A stretch of 64,000 nt of DNA from a virus (Duplodnaviria > Heunggongvirae > Uroviricota > Caudoviricetes), in IMG/VR virus record IMGVR_UViG_3300029533_000034. One strand, 5' to 3'. Each line of letters begins with the position of its first letter. The stretch's first letter is position 1. Below are positions 19,340 through 29,504 of the stretch, one piece after another. The notes beneath the pieces are model-generated. The model was given only the letters and a program-made list of their open reading frames with translations, did not search any database and was not told where the DNA came from. Made by a program: the position numbers and the translations under genes.

Positions 19340-20305
19340 ATGGGAATGGATGTAAACATGCTTGCCTGCGTGCGGGCACTTGCAGAAAACAGAATACAGG
19401 ATGCGAAGAAATACGCGTTCTGCTGTTGTGCCAATGACAATACGAAGAAAAATGAGAGCCAGGTCAGAAGATACAAAAATCTTCTGCTCAACGGTCCAAA
19501 CATGATCGAGCTGCCGGCAAATCTCAACGGGCTCCTGCGTATGGAAGATGTGTCCGGCTTTCATGCCGAGCGGTACTACCTTGGGAAAACCCAGTGGGAT
19601 CTTTTTGAAAAGATTAAGCGTGGTGTGGCGGTCACGCTTAAATTAAGGGAGTATGGGATTCCCTACAAAAACAGCACCCTCATATACGGCGTGCCCGGCA
19701 CTGGGAAAACGGAGTTTGCCAGATATGTGGCGTATTCCCTTGGTATTCCTTATGCCTACATTAATTTTTCCTTCCTGATCGATTCATACATGGGGAATAC
19801 ATCGAAGAATATCCAGCGTGTGTTTGATTTCTGTAAGGGGCAGAAATGTGTCCTGATGCTTGATGAGATCGACTGTATCGGAATAAAGCGCGGCATGGGA
19901 GCAAATGGGGGATCAGATGGGGAAATATCAAGAACGACCATTTCTCTTATGCAGGCATTGGATGACCTGACAGACGGGCAGATCATCATTGCTGCCACAA
20001 ACCGGTACGACCTGCTTGATCCCGCTTTGTCCAGACGATTCCAGAACCATGTAGAATTCCGTCCATTCAATTTTGAAGAAAACAGGGAGATGGTGGAAAA
20101 ATTCCTGGCGGCAGTGGACGAGTCTTTGCTGAGTGTTATGGAAATTGTAACGTATACAAGAGAAAACCATACGCAAGCAGAAGTAATAGGGTATCTTATT
20201 GAAGTACTGACGCGCAAGGTATCGCAGGAAGTGGATGTGGAAGCGGCGCTGGAAGCACTAAAAAGTGGGAATGGAAGAACAGATGACCGGGAAAAGCTTT
20301 TCTAA
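19340..20305 (+). CDS. AAA+ ATPase (classical AAA clade, FtsH/ClpX-like)
   Basis: Walker A GVPGTGKTE, Walker B LMLDEID, second region of homology ATNRYDLLDPALSRRF. Confidence 0.75.
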   Translation: MGMDVNMLACVRALAENRIQDAKKYAFCCCANDNTKKNESQVRRYKNLLLNGPNMIELPANLNGLLRMEDVSGFHAERYYLGKTQWDLFEKIKRGVAVTLKLREYGIPYKNSTLIYGVPGTGKTEFARYVAYSLGIPYAYINFSFLIDSYMGNTSKNIQRVFDFCKGQKCVLMLDEIDCIGIKRGMGANGGSDGEISRTTISLMQALDDLTDGQIIIAATNRYDLLDPALSRRFQNHVEFRPFNFEENREMVEKFLAAVDESLLSVMEIVTYTRENHTQAEVIGYLIEVLTRKVSQEVDVEAALEALKSGNGRTDDREKLF

Positions 20306-20335
20306 CCGGTATTAATGGCAATAAGGAGGAAAATC

Positions 20336-21409
20336 ATGGATAATCAGATTAACATTAAATATATGTTCACCGTGATCGGTGGAGGCTGGGAGCGTGTATC
20401 GAGGGCGTATTTTATTGCTGATGATAGAGTTTATTTTTTAAATAAGTTTTCACCAGCGGATTTAAAAATGCTGGAGAAGCATTTTGATGATATCACAGCT
20501 ACACTTGCTTCCGTGAATTTTGATACAACCGGGCTGGATTTTGTGAATCACGGGACGAATGTAGGGTTTGATATGCCGACAATTACTATGTACCGGTATG
20601 AAGATGGGAAATACAAAAAATTGTGGTCAGAAGGGGATTATCGAAATTCAGAAGCTGTCGATACAATCCAGAGCATTTTTCAGGATTCCCGTTACCTGGC
20701 AAAAGGGGGAAAACCGGTCTGCAAATACCGCTACTTCATGAGTGGGATGTTTTACCCGACTGACGGAAACGAATACGAGATCAATATTCCATCTCCAGTG
20801 ATACATGACTCTAAAGAAGAAGCTATGGCTGATGAAAACTTTGGTTACCGCTTTATACAGATAGATAGATCGGTTGGACCGGTAATCGTTATATTTGAAA
20901 ATGAAAATTTCAAAGTCACGACTGATGAAAAAGGTCAGTCCTGTTTAGAGCAATGGGTTGAAGGGAAAATCGTCGGTATTTATACGTTTGAACAATTCAA
21001 AAAATCGGGCGGATACATTCGGATGCTTAAACCGGAATGCAAAGGGAGAGGTTTCATTGATGGAAATACCGATTTTGTTCCAACGGAGAAAACGTTTGTG
21101 GACATATTCCCGGATATTCAGCCGAAAAGGCTTTATTACATTGATAACGAAGCATATTATATTGATGAATTAAAGAGAAATAAGGAAGAAACAGAAGGAG
21201 AAATTCCTTCATTCGTCATCGGAGAGGTGGACAGTGACGCAGAAGCTGCGGAAATAATTGCAAATCTTGATGCCAGCCGTCCAGACCAGCAGATGACTCT
21301 TGCAAAGAAGGGCTGCGGGATGTCGTTTGCTACAAAAATGGATGTTGTTCGGACGTGTTTTAACGAGAATGACGTGCAGGTTGTGATTGATCCGAAGAGG
21401 GAGGTTTGA
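20336..21409 (+). CDS. hypothetical protein
   Basis: AAGGAGG RBS. Confidence 0.55.
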   Translation: MDNQINIKYMFTVIGGGWERVSRAYFIADDRVYFLNKFSPADLKMLEKHFDDITATLASVNFDTTGLDFVNHGTNVGFDMPTITMYRYEDGKYKKLWSEGDYRNSEAVDTIQSIFQDSRYLAKGGKPVCKYRYFMSGMFYPTDGNEYEINIPSPVIHDSKEEAMADENFGYRFIQIDRSVGPVIVIFENENFKVTTDEKGQSCLEQWVEGKIVGIYTFEQFKKSGGYIRMLKPECKGRGFIDGNTDFVPTEKTFVDIFPDIQPKRLYYIDNEAYYIDELKRNKEETEGEIPSFVIGEVDSDAEAAEIIANLDASRPDQQMTLAKKGCGMSFATKMDVVRTCFNENDVQVVIDPKREV

Positions 21410-21413
21410 AAAA

Positions 21414-21950
21414 ATGAGAAAAAATAAGATTCTTGGAAGAGTAGCAGCGTACGTAGCTGCAGGCGTGCTTGTACTTTCAAGTTGCACAGCTTGTGGCGTC
21501 AATATATACAGCACTATGGATGACAAAATTGATCTTGTGATTGAAGGGGAGAAGAACATTGCGCAAATTTCATCCATTGTCGGATCACCGGTGGCATCAT
21601 TGACTTCAAAAGATAATGTATTGGTAGTCAGGTATAAAAATGGCGCATCTTACACATCTGGAATAAAACGTGACGGATGTAAGCTGATTTTTACAAATAA
21701 GGTTACAAATACAAGCAATGTCCTTTCAGATCAGCAAGTTAAGGACGTCATCTGTTACTCATTTGAAGACTATATGGATAACCAGGATGTGCAAAAAGTA
21801 GTAGATGAGATCTGCCATGCGTATAAAGAGGACATGCTTTACAACGGTTCGTTTAAAGACGAGGGCATAAAATACGATGTATTGTTTGTTACGAGTGATC
21901 GAGGTGAAGAGTTGAGGGACGTTACCCTGCAGATAACTGCAAAACATTAA
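21414..21950 (+). CDS. lipoprotein (signal peptide + lipobox LSSC)
   Basis: GGGAGG RBS. Confidence 0.55.
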   Translation: MRKNKILGRVAAYVAAGVLVLSSCTACGVNIYSTMDDKIDLVIEGEKNIAQISSIVGSPVASLTSKDNVLVVRYKNGASYTSGIKRDGCKLIFTNKVTNTSNVLSDQQVKDVICYSFEDYMDNQDVQKVVDEICHAYKEDMLYNGSFKDEGIKYDVLFVTSDRGEELRDVTLQITAKH

Positions 21951-21970
21951 CAATAGGAAGGAGAAAATTA

Positions 21971-22738
21971 TTGAAGAAGAGAATAGTAGTTTCGGTGATT
22001 GAAATTCTGCTGGCATGTCTGGTTATTGTTGCAATGCTTTTTGGTACTTTTTATGTCAGTCGGAAAATTGATCAAAGATTTTTTACAGGTAAGTCCTACA
22101 TATATTTGTATCCAGAAGAAGATAACACACCTATTTCTGTTAGTCTTTCTGATGATACGGTGTATGCGTCAGAAGATCCTTATCCAACATTCAGTCATGA
22201 AAGCACATGGAATGTCAAGGGAGACCATGATGGTTTTATTGAGTGTAATGGAGAATATTATAACAAATTGGAACGAAAAGTGGAGGGATTTGATTGGAAA
22301 TGGGATTTCCGTAAGGGATACTGTGTTTCAAAGGAAGAAACATATTCGTTTATATATAAATCATTGAAACAGCTTGGCGTGAATGATTTTGAGGCAAGGA
22401 AATTCCTACATGACTTACCATGGATGGATCGTTCTCCATATAATGTTATTTCGTTTCAGTCAGATATATATCAGGACCATGTGAAGCTGAAAACGGAACC
22501 GGAGTCTGATACCGTGAACCGTATATTTATGGTTTGGTATCCGTCAAAAAAGAAAATTAATATTGAACCTCAGAAGCTTGCTACTTTGAAAAGAAAAGAT
22601 TTTGATGTTCTTGAACTAGGTTATACGGAAACGGAAAAATGGATGTGCGTTTTTTCAAAGGAAGATCGATTTTATCCAAGACCGTTTTTGTCTTTTCATC
22701 CTGAAATAAGAAAAATAATGGATAATATCAGGAAATAG
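21971..22738 (+). CDS. membrane-anchored protein (TTG start)
   Basis: AGGAAGGAGA RBS; N-terminal TM segment. Confidence 0.5.
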   Translation: MKKRIVVSVIEILLACLVIVAMLFGTFYVSRKIDQRFFTGKSYIYLYPEEDNTPISVSLSDDTVYASEDPYPTFSHESTWNVKGDHDGFIECNGEYYNKLERKVEGFDWKWDFRKGYCVSKEETYSFIYKSLKQLGVNDFEARKFLHDLPWMDRSPYNVISFQSDIYQDHVKLKTEPESDTVNRIFMVWYPSKKKINIEPQKLATLKRKDFDVLELGYTETEKWMCVFSKEDRFYPRPFLSFHPEIRKIMDNIRK

Positions 22739-22763
22739 ACGATTTTAGGAGAAAAATTGATTT

Positions 22764-22964
22764 ATGGGATCAAAGGATTTTATTTTTTATTATTACATAG
22801 TTTGCGGAATATTATTGATGGTATATGGATTCGTGTTGATTGGCGGTTTTCTTAAAATGAAAAGCAACGATACTGGTGTGCCTTATCTAATAGTAGGTAT
22901 TGTTGAAATTTTTTTAGGTATTTTATTGATGTTTTTGTTGTGGAAAACAAAATTTGCTTATTAA
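22764..22964 (+). CDS. small membrane protein
   Basis: AGGAGA RBS. Confidence 0.4.
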   Translation: MGSKDFIFYYYIVCGILLMVYGFVLIGGFLKMKSNDTGVPYLIVGIVEIFLGILLMFLLWKTKFAY

Positions 22965-22986
22965 AAAAGTGATGGAGGAAAGATTA

Positions 22987-23373
22987 TTGAAGAAGAGAAT
23001 AGGAATGCTTACAGTAATTGGATGTATTTTTTTTAGTGGAATGTTTGTCGGTGGATGCAGAATGCCGGATACGGTTAAAGGAACATTGTCGTCAGATGGA
23101 ACTATCTATGATGTTGAGTCGTACAAGTTGAGTGGAGACGTTACGTTTCTTCCAATTTCTGTACAGAAGATTGATAACCACAGTGCAGAGTCGACTGTGA
23201 TTACAGAATTTGTTAATATCAAGGATAAGACGGTGTGGATGCAGTCGTACAAAGGATATTATCGGGCAGACAGTGGTGTTGGGCAGAGCATGGTTCAAGA
23301 ACTTGATCCGGATGGAAAACCGAAGCTGTATACCGGGGATATTAACGAACTGATCAAGAAGTTCCAAAAGTAA
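22987..23373 (+). CDS. lipoprotein (TTG start, lipobox VGGC)
   Basis: GGAGGAAAG RBS; the start context mirrors the 21971 gene; 3' end is duplicated at 43195-43340. Confidence 0.5.
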   Translation: MKKRIGMLTVIGCIFFSGMFVGGCRMPDTVKGTLSSDGTIYDVESYKLSGDVTFLPISVQKIDNHSAESTVITEFVNIKDKTVWMQSYKGYYRADSGVGQSMVQELDPDGKPKLYTGDINELIKKFQK

Positions 23374-23444
23374 TCAGATCCGCAAAGTTGCCTCATGCCG
23401 GGGCAGTTTCTTATCGTCAAATACGGATACACAGAGGTTTAAAT

Positions 23445-24185
23445 ATGTTGGAAAAATACAGTTATGAATTGTGGAATGGAAATTGCCTGGAATTAATGAA
23501 ATCTATTCCTGATAAATCAATAGATATGATTTTATGTGATCTGCCATATGGGACAACTAAGTGCAAATGGGATATCGTAATACCATTTAAACCGATGTGG
23601 GATCAATATAGTCGTATTGCAAAAGATAATGCTGCAATCGTATTGTTTGGACAGGAGCCATTTTCTTCTTTATTAAGGGTAAGCAATATCAGCGATTACA
23701 AGTATGATATTTACTGGGGAAAAGAGCGGTTAACAAATATTAATCAGGTTAAACGGAGAGTTGGGAAAACTGTAGAGACAATATCTGTATTTTATAAAAA
23801 ACAATGTACATATAATCCTCAAATGGTTAAGCATGAAGGAAAACTAAGGAAAAACAGGGTAAAAAATGGTAAACTCGGAAAACTTACAGATGAAAATGAA
23901 AAAAAAGTAATTGAGTATAATGATACTGGGTGGCGTTACCCTACGCAAGTTTGGAAATTTCAAAGAGATTGTCTGACTTCAAATTTGCATCCAACCCAAA
24001 AACCATTGCTTTTATGTGAGACACTTGTCAAAACATTTTCCAATGAAGGCGATATTGTCCTGGATAATTGTATGGGATCTGGAACGGTTGGTGTAGCATG
24101 CAAACTTTTAAACCGTAAATTTATTGGTATAGAACTTGAAGAGAACTATTTCAAAATTGCAAAGGAAAGGATTGACCATAATTGA
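23445..24185 (+). CDS. orphan DNA N6-adenine/N4-cytosine methyltransferase (beta class)
   Basis: DLPYG (DPPY) catalytic motif near the N-terminus, SAM motif LDNCMGSGTVG near the C-terminus. Confidence 0.8.
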   Translation: MLEKYSYELWNGNCLELMKSIPDKSIDMILCDLPYGTTKCKWDIVIPFKPMWDQYSRIAKDNAAIVLFGQEPFSSLLRVSNISDYKYDIYWGKERLTNINQVKRRVGKTVETISVFYKKQCTYNPQMVKHEGKLRKNRVKNGKLGKLTDENEKKVIEYNDTGWRYPTQVWKFQRDCLTSNLHPTQKPLLLCETLVKTFSNEGDIVLDNCMGSGTVGVACKLLNRKFIGIELEENYFKIAKERIDHN

Positions 24186-24225
24186 GAAAAGGACAGATTA
24201 AATTACTGGAAAAAGCAGAAAAGAG

Positions 24226-24492
24226 ATGGTACAGATGAAAATATATAGACCTCAAACCATAGAGGTTAGAAATCGTATAGCAGAAGAAATCAGAGGAACA
24301 GAAGAAATTTTTTATGTATGTAATGCAAATGAATACAAATTATTAAAGGAAATATCTGAAGAAAAATTTAACTCATTAGATATTCATTCTGAGGAGCATG
24401 AAATTGGTAATATATTGCTATATGAAACAGGGGAAACGTTTATTCTTGATGGATTAGGATACTTACGAGTGGATTTTAAGTATGTGAACTGA
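24226..24492 (+). CDS. hypothetical protein
   Basis: ORF. Confidence 0.4.
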   Translation: MVQMKIYRPQTIEVRNRIAEEIRGTEEIFYVCNANEYKLLKEISEEKFNSLDIHSEEHEIGNILLYETGETFILDGLGYLRVDFKYVN

Positions 24493-24537
24493 AAATTTAC
24501 TAAAATTAGAATTGAAAAAGAGATTTACAAAGGACAG

Positions 24538-25245
24538 ATGCACTGTGCAACGTGTATGCAGCATTTCACAAATGTCGAAAAGGCAACGACACAATATAAA
24601 CCAGAAATTGATGAAGGGAAAATTAAAAATCATAAAAATTTATCAAATGAAAATGGAGGATATTTTATGCATGGAGATTTATTAAAAAACGAAATACAGC
24701 TTGCAAAGGATGAATGTTGTGTTATTTTTGACTTTGGTTGTTATTTCCCTTATAAAAATACGGAAGATCTGACGTTTGATTTTTCGTTAGGAGGGAAGCA
24801 GCTTCATGATAAAAAATTAAATCATAGGTATCCTAATACCGGATATCAGACAATTTCACGAAAATATGGAAGAAAAGTGAGTAAACTAGGATATCCATAC
24901 GTTATGAAATTGGACGAGCAGGATATTATGCTTTTGAAAATCAAGGTTGGATTATGTGAAAACACAAATACTTTAATTTTCCCCATTCAGACATATATGA
25001 CGCAAGATCGTCCGGCATGTGTATTATCGATGTATTACATATTCGATGAAATGAAAGTTCGTTTTATGTCCCATGAAGATTCAAAAGACGGTGGATGGCA
25101 TCAGCATAATTGGTATAATTATATGCCGGCTGAATCGATTGGAGAAAATGAAAGTCTGATAACTGGAAAAATGGAAGGAGACCGTATCATTTACCATGAT
25201 GTGATCAAACCATTCCCGTCTTCAAAAGACAATCTTCTAATCTAA
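24538..25245 (+). CDS. hypothetical protein
   Basis: ORF. Confidence 0.5.
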   Translation: MHCATCMQHFTNVEKATTQYKPEIDEGKIKNHKNLSNENGGYFMHGDLLKNEIQLAKDECCVIFDFGCYFPYKNTEDLTFDFSLGGKQLHDKKLNHRYPNTGYQTISRKYGRKVSKLGYPYVMKLDEQDIMLLKIKVGLCENTNTLIFPIQTYMTQDRPACVLSMYYIFDEMKVRFMSHEDSKDGGWHQHNWYNYMPAESIGENESLITGKMEGDRIIYHDVIKPFPSSKDNLLI

Positions 25246-25409
25246 CAATAAACATGAAATTACTTAAAAACAAATAATAAATTTAATTTAGGAGCTTCCT
25301 GTATACTTTAAAGAGTAAAGGGAATTGACCAAAAAGAATACCTCAAGTAAATTTAGATTATTACTGACCGGCCAGTTAGTAAAATCTAAAAACACAAGAG
25401 GTATTCAAG

Positions 25410-25891
25410 ATGAATATTAAAGCAAGAAGAACAAAAAAACAAGTAAATGTAGAAAATCAGGCAATTAATCTTTTGTCAAAAGAAGAACTGAACAAGAAAA
25501 TAGAGGTGGTAGAAAAAGAATTGAGATCCTATACCTGGCGTGAACTTGAAACACAGAGAAATACAAAAATCGACTTCACCGGGTGCATGTTCCAAAGAAC
25601 AGCAAGTTCAACCATCTGAGGGAACTGCTCCCGGAATCCTATGAATGGATCCGTACAGGCAGCCGTCTCCGCATGGAAGGTATTGAGATGGGACACTGTG
25701 TGAATTCTTACTGGCAATACATAAACCAGGATACCTGTGCCATATATTCCTTTACAGCAGGAGAAAAACGCTACGCTGCAGAATTCCGTGTTGGCAGGAA
25801 CGGGAAATATACGGTTAAGCAGATCCAGTCAAAGTATGACAGGAGATGTCCGGCTTCTGTCCGGAAACAGGTAAGTAAGTTGATTTCCTAA
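25410..25891 (+). pseudogene. PcfJ-like domain protein split by a frameshift (ORFs 25410-25619 and 25583-25891)
   Basis: C-terminal ORF carries the LRMEGIEMGHCVNSY motif of PcfJ-like proteins; the two overlapping frames join near 25550-25620. Confidence 0.45.
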
Positions 25892-25990
25892 TCGGTACCG
25901 GAAACAAAACTGCCATATGGAAAACATGGCATGCGGATTTTTCTGTCATCCTTTAAATACGGAATAAGATCGGAGGTTCGATAATAAATC

Positions 25991-26176
25991 ATGGGTTTTA
26001 AATTTGAAGAAAAAAGCGTCAGCTTAAAATGCACTGAGTGCGGTCAGGATTACGAAGATACGCAGATAATTGTGAATGGTGTTCCGAGCTGCAAATTCCA
26101 CATATGTCCGGAATGTCAAAGAAAGTTTGAGAAAGTTTTGAAAAGATCAACGAAGTTAATAGGAAAAGGGGGATAG
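25991..26176 (+). CDS. small zinc-ribbon protein (CTECG...CPECQ); paralog at 56486
   Basis: ORF; paralogy. Confidence 0.45.
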   Translation: MGFKFEEKSVSLKCTECGQDYEDTQIIVNGVPSCKFHICPECQRKFEKVLKRSTKLIGKGG

Positions 26177-26585
26177 GAAATGAGTACATTTTTTTGATTT
26201 TTGGAATTATTATTGTAGTTGTTGGAGTAATTATCGCAATATTCGGCGGGGTTAAAAGGGATGGTGTAATGTATTATGCCGAATACTATGACGGTATGCA
26301 AGCACCATTTACAGTTTGCAAGTGGTGTAATGATTTTCAAATATTAGAAGAGTTATTAAAAATACTTCTGATATTTTATATCATTTATATTAACAATATT
26401 GTGAGTCAAACACCTAAACTGAAAGCTTAGAGACAAATACCAACAGAAAGCAATCAAAGAGCGTGAGAAAGTTAACGACGTGTATGTAATAAATAAGAAT
26501 TAGATGAAGAAATTACCAAAATTGTTTAAAGAAAAAAGTCCAAAAATCAATAGTTTGGGGCTTGAAATTATAAGAGGAAGAAAAT

Positions 26586-26891
26586 ATGGACAATAGAAAA
26601 AAGAAGCCGGAAAAGAAAAAACTTCCGGAAGTCTTGGCATTAAAAACTGTACGAGGAGGTTTAGGTGACTGTGCGGGGAACGAGATGCTATACAGAGGGA
26701 TTCGGTGCGGAGAACCCTTGATCTGTACAGATCCGAAAGGAAAGCTTTACAGTATGACTTATAAGATGGCCAAAGAGCATAACTACATTGTGCGTGAGTT
26801 TAATCTTAACCAACCTATATTGTCTGACGGCTGTGATTTCATGAAGCGTAATACCTCAAAGGGAATAAAAAGAAAGAGAGCTGAAAAGTAG
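26586..26891 (+). CDS. hypothetical basic protein
   Basis: AGAGGAAGA RBS. Confidence 0.45.
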   Translation: MDNRKKKPEKKKLPEVLALKTVRGGLGDCAGNEMLYRGIRCGEPLICTDPKGKLYSMTYKMAKEHNYIVREFNLNQPILSDGCDFMKRNTSKGIKRKRAEK

Positions 26892-26927
26892 GTTGTAATA
26901 AGAATGCTGCTACGATTATGAGGTATT

Positions 26928-27149
26928 ATGATTGTATTATTAGGCATTGGTATGATCATAGGACGGAATGAAAAATCGCCTTATGAAATACAGGAAGAAC
27001 TTGAGTCAAATGCTATTGAAAACTATGATAATGGTTCAGATGTTTATATCAATGGCAAGAAAAACAATGACATAGATATTAATGGTATTAATCTTGATAA
27101 ATACAATATTAAAATCAAGGAAGGAAAAATTTATCTGATTGATAAATAA
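26928..27149 (+). CDS. small protein paralogous to the C-terminus of the ORF at 15450
   Basis: ORF; paralogy. Confidence 0.4.
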   Translation: MIVLLGIGMIIGRNEKSPYEIQEELESNAIENYDNGSDVYINGKKNNDIDINGINLDKYNIKIKEGKIYLIDK

Positions 27150-27228
27150 GCAGCCAAAACACAGTTCCATATTCATGATATAGGACTGTGTTTTTTTGTA
27201 AGAAAATAAATAAAATTTTAAATTTCCT

Positions 27229-27265
27229 TTGACGAATTTTGAGATGGATAAATATATATACTGAA
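27229..27265 (+). promoter_or_regulatory. variant copy of the recurring promoter (TTGACG...GGATAAATATATATACT)
   Basis: -35 and spacing conserved; the GCGCAAT block has diverged. Confidence 0.4.
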
Positions 27266-27350
27266 GATAAAAATTGCCATACAGGAGACAGAACACATAG
27301 AATTTTCTGTCATCCTTTAAATATCAGAAAATTAAAGGAGAATAATTTCC

Positions 27351-28787
27351 ATGAAAGAAAATTTTTTCCACCAGCTTCTTTCCATGTTTAGGGTAACACC
27401 GGAATATCCGGAAACACTTATCCCGTCCGTAGAGGAAACCGCGAGAATTTTAAAAATAAACCCGGAAATATATAAGAGATTTGAGAATGCCTACCAGACT
27501 TCAGATGCTATAGGTATTCCCGGCTATCCCGTAAATGCAAAACAGGCTGCCAGAGAAAAAGAGGGAGTGGGTACATCTGCTCCGGATCTTTCCTCTCTTA
27601 TGAACAGGATCGTTAGAGAGTTGGAAAACGATACTTTTATCTGGCAGTACACGGATGGAACTGTTTCCCCATTTAGTATCAACATTCCGGAAATACCGGA
27701 ACCTGTAACAGTGGAAGAGTTAAACATGATTCCACGGGAATACCGCCCACAGCTTGCCGGGAATGTCGTCTGCAGGGGCTGGAATGACCATGCTGGACGG
27801 CAGGCTGCATACTGGTATAACCTTGCAGTCACTGGAAAATCAGAAAAGAAAAGGGAAGAAGCTTATTCCATGTTCCGGAAAAGTCTGGATATCCTTAACC
27901 CTGATCTTGTTACATACAAAATGATGGGGATGAATGTCAATTCCATGGGTTACTGGCTTCCAAAGATGGTGAATGCCATAAAGGAAGACGGCTTCTTTAA
28001 AATTCCAGGCACAACAATCATTAAAATCCCGCTTCCTCTGTTACAGCTCACATTTCTGGAATACAGCGACATTAACCGTACAACCCTTGATATCGTTGAT
28101 GATTACTGCAGGAAGGTTTTTTCGTTGGACGAGACAAAGGAATACTTCATTAAAACCGGAGTTTTTTCATCCAAATATGATTTCAGAAATGCCCGTGTAA
28201 GTGGGGCAAAGGAAGTCCGTGAACTTGGCGAATACCTGCTGTATATCCATGGATTTTCAAGGGTTGTTGGTGGTCCAACATCCTATGGTGCTGCCACAAC
28301 TAACGAGTGGGTGGTTCGTGACTTTATTCCAGACACAGAGAATAACCCAACGATCTACCATGGTCTGCCGCTCCATACGGAATACCGGGTATTTGTGGAT
28401 TTTAATGCTACGGATCCCTTTGAGCAGGTGCTTGGTATCAGTCCATATTGGGAACCAAAAACCATGAAAAATCATTTCAAGCCTCTTGCAGAAGGCCGCA
28501 GGGGAATGGATCCGGATGCATACCATGACTACTGCACGTATTCCGTTGCCGAGGAAAAACTGATGAAGAGGTACGAAGAAAACAAGGAGAGGGTTCTGAA
28601 TCATGTTTTGAATATCGTCCGCTGCAATGAACAGATGCACGGACAGTGGTCCATGGATATTATGCAGAATGGAAATGATTTCTGGTTTATCGACATGGCA
28701 ACAGCAAGTGAATCTGCATTAAAAGAATGTATTCCGAAAGGAAAATTAAAAAAGATGAAAGAAAACTGGATTCCGGAGATCAGATAG
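27351..28787 (+). CDS. hypothetical 478-aa protein (possible ATP-grasp-like C-terminus, unverified)
   Basis: long ORF; AGGAGA RBS. Confidence 0.6.
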   Translation: MKENFFHQLLSMFRVTPEYPETLIPSVEETARILKINPEIYKRFENAYQTSDAIGIPGYPVNAKQAAREKEGVGTSAPDLSSLMNRIVRELENDTFIWQYTDGTVSPFSINIPEIPEPVTVEELNMIPREYRPQLAGNVVCRGWNDHAGRQAAYWYNLAVTGKSEKKREEAYSMFRKSLDILNPDLVTYKMMGMNVNSMGYWLPKMVNAIKEDGFFKIPGTTIIKIPLPLLQLTFLEYSDINRTTLDIVDDYCRKVFSLDETKEYFIKTGVFSSKYDFRNARVSGAKEVRELGEYLLYIHGFSRVVGGPTSYGAATTNEWVVRDFIPDTENNPTIYHGLPLHTEYRVFVDFNATDPFEQVLGISPYWEPKTMKNHFKPLAEGRRGMDPDAYHDYCTYSVAEEKLMKRYEENKERVLNHVLNIVRCNEQMHGQWSMDIMQNGNDFWFIDMATASESALKECIPKGKLKKMKENWIPEIR

Positions 28788-28796
28788 GGGGAAACT

Positions 28797-29504
28797 ATGA
28801 AAATTATTTATTCTAAATATACATTTGAAGAAGTCCACAATACAAGAAGAAAATGGTTATCTGATGAACCTGGTACATCGCATGAAAAAATAAAAATTGT
28901 ATTACGATCCTTTCCATTTTTAGTTTATTTTTTATTTTGTGAGTATATCCTTTTCAAGTATACCCTTCTCATTAACATATTTGATTATTCACAGCCGCTG
29001 GCTTATAGAAATGTTATGAGGAAAATAATGAACCTTGATATTTATAAAAGCGCAGGGGTTTATACGAAGTTTTCAATCGATATACTATCGTACATATGCT
29101 ATATGAGCGCTATTGGCATTGCATTATGTCTAATAGCGATACTAATTCGCAAAATATATAAAAATATTGTATGCAGGATTATACCAATCAGTACGCCATG
29201 TATAGATAGAAATAAGAAAAATCGATACGGGTATGATAAAACAATTGATATTGAAAAATTACTTGAAAGACAGAAAATGTTAAAAGAATTTATCAGTGAT
29301 CACAATGCAGTATTTGTTCTAACAGGGAACATGTTAAAAGTGACAATTTGTGAAGATGGATATTGCGAAGAAAAGTCTTTCCAGTTATCAGAGACAGAAG
29401 CAAAAAACATTCGGGAAAATGGGACATTTGATTTTTCTTATCTTGATGAAGAATGGGAAAAAATAATGTCGTACATACGAGGAGAAGAGAAATATGAACA
29501 GTGA
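28797..29504 (+). CDS. membrane protein
   Basis: ORF; hydrophobic segments. Confidence 0.5.
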   Translation: MKIIYSKYTFEEVHNTRRKWLSDEPGTSHEKIKIVLRSFPFLVYFLFCEYILFKYTLLINIFDYSQPLAYRNVMRKIMNLDIYKSAGVYTKFSIDILSYICYMSAIGIALCLIAILIRKIYKNIVCRIIPISTPCIDRNKKNRYGYDKTIDIEKLLERQKMLKEFISDHNAVFVLTGNMLKVTICEDGYCEEKSFQLSETEAKNIRENGTFDFSYLDEEWEKIMSYIRGEEKYEQ

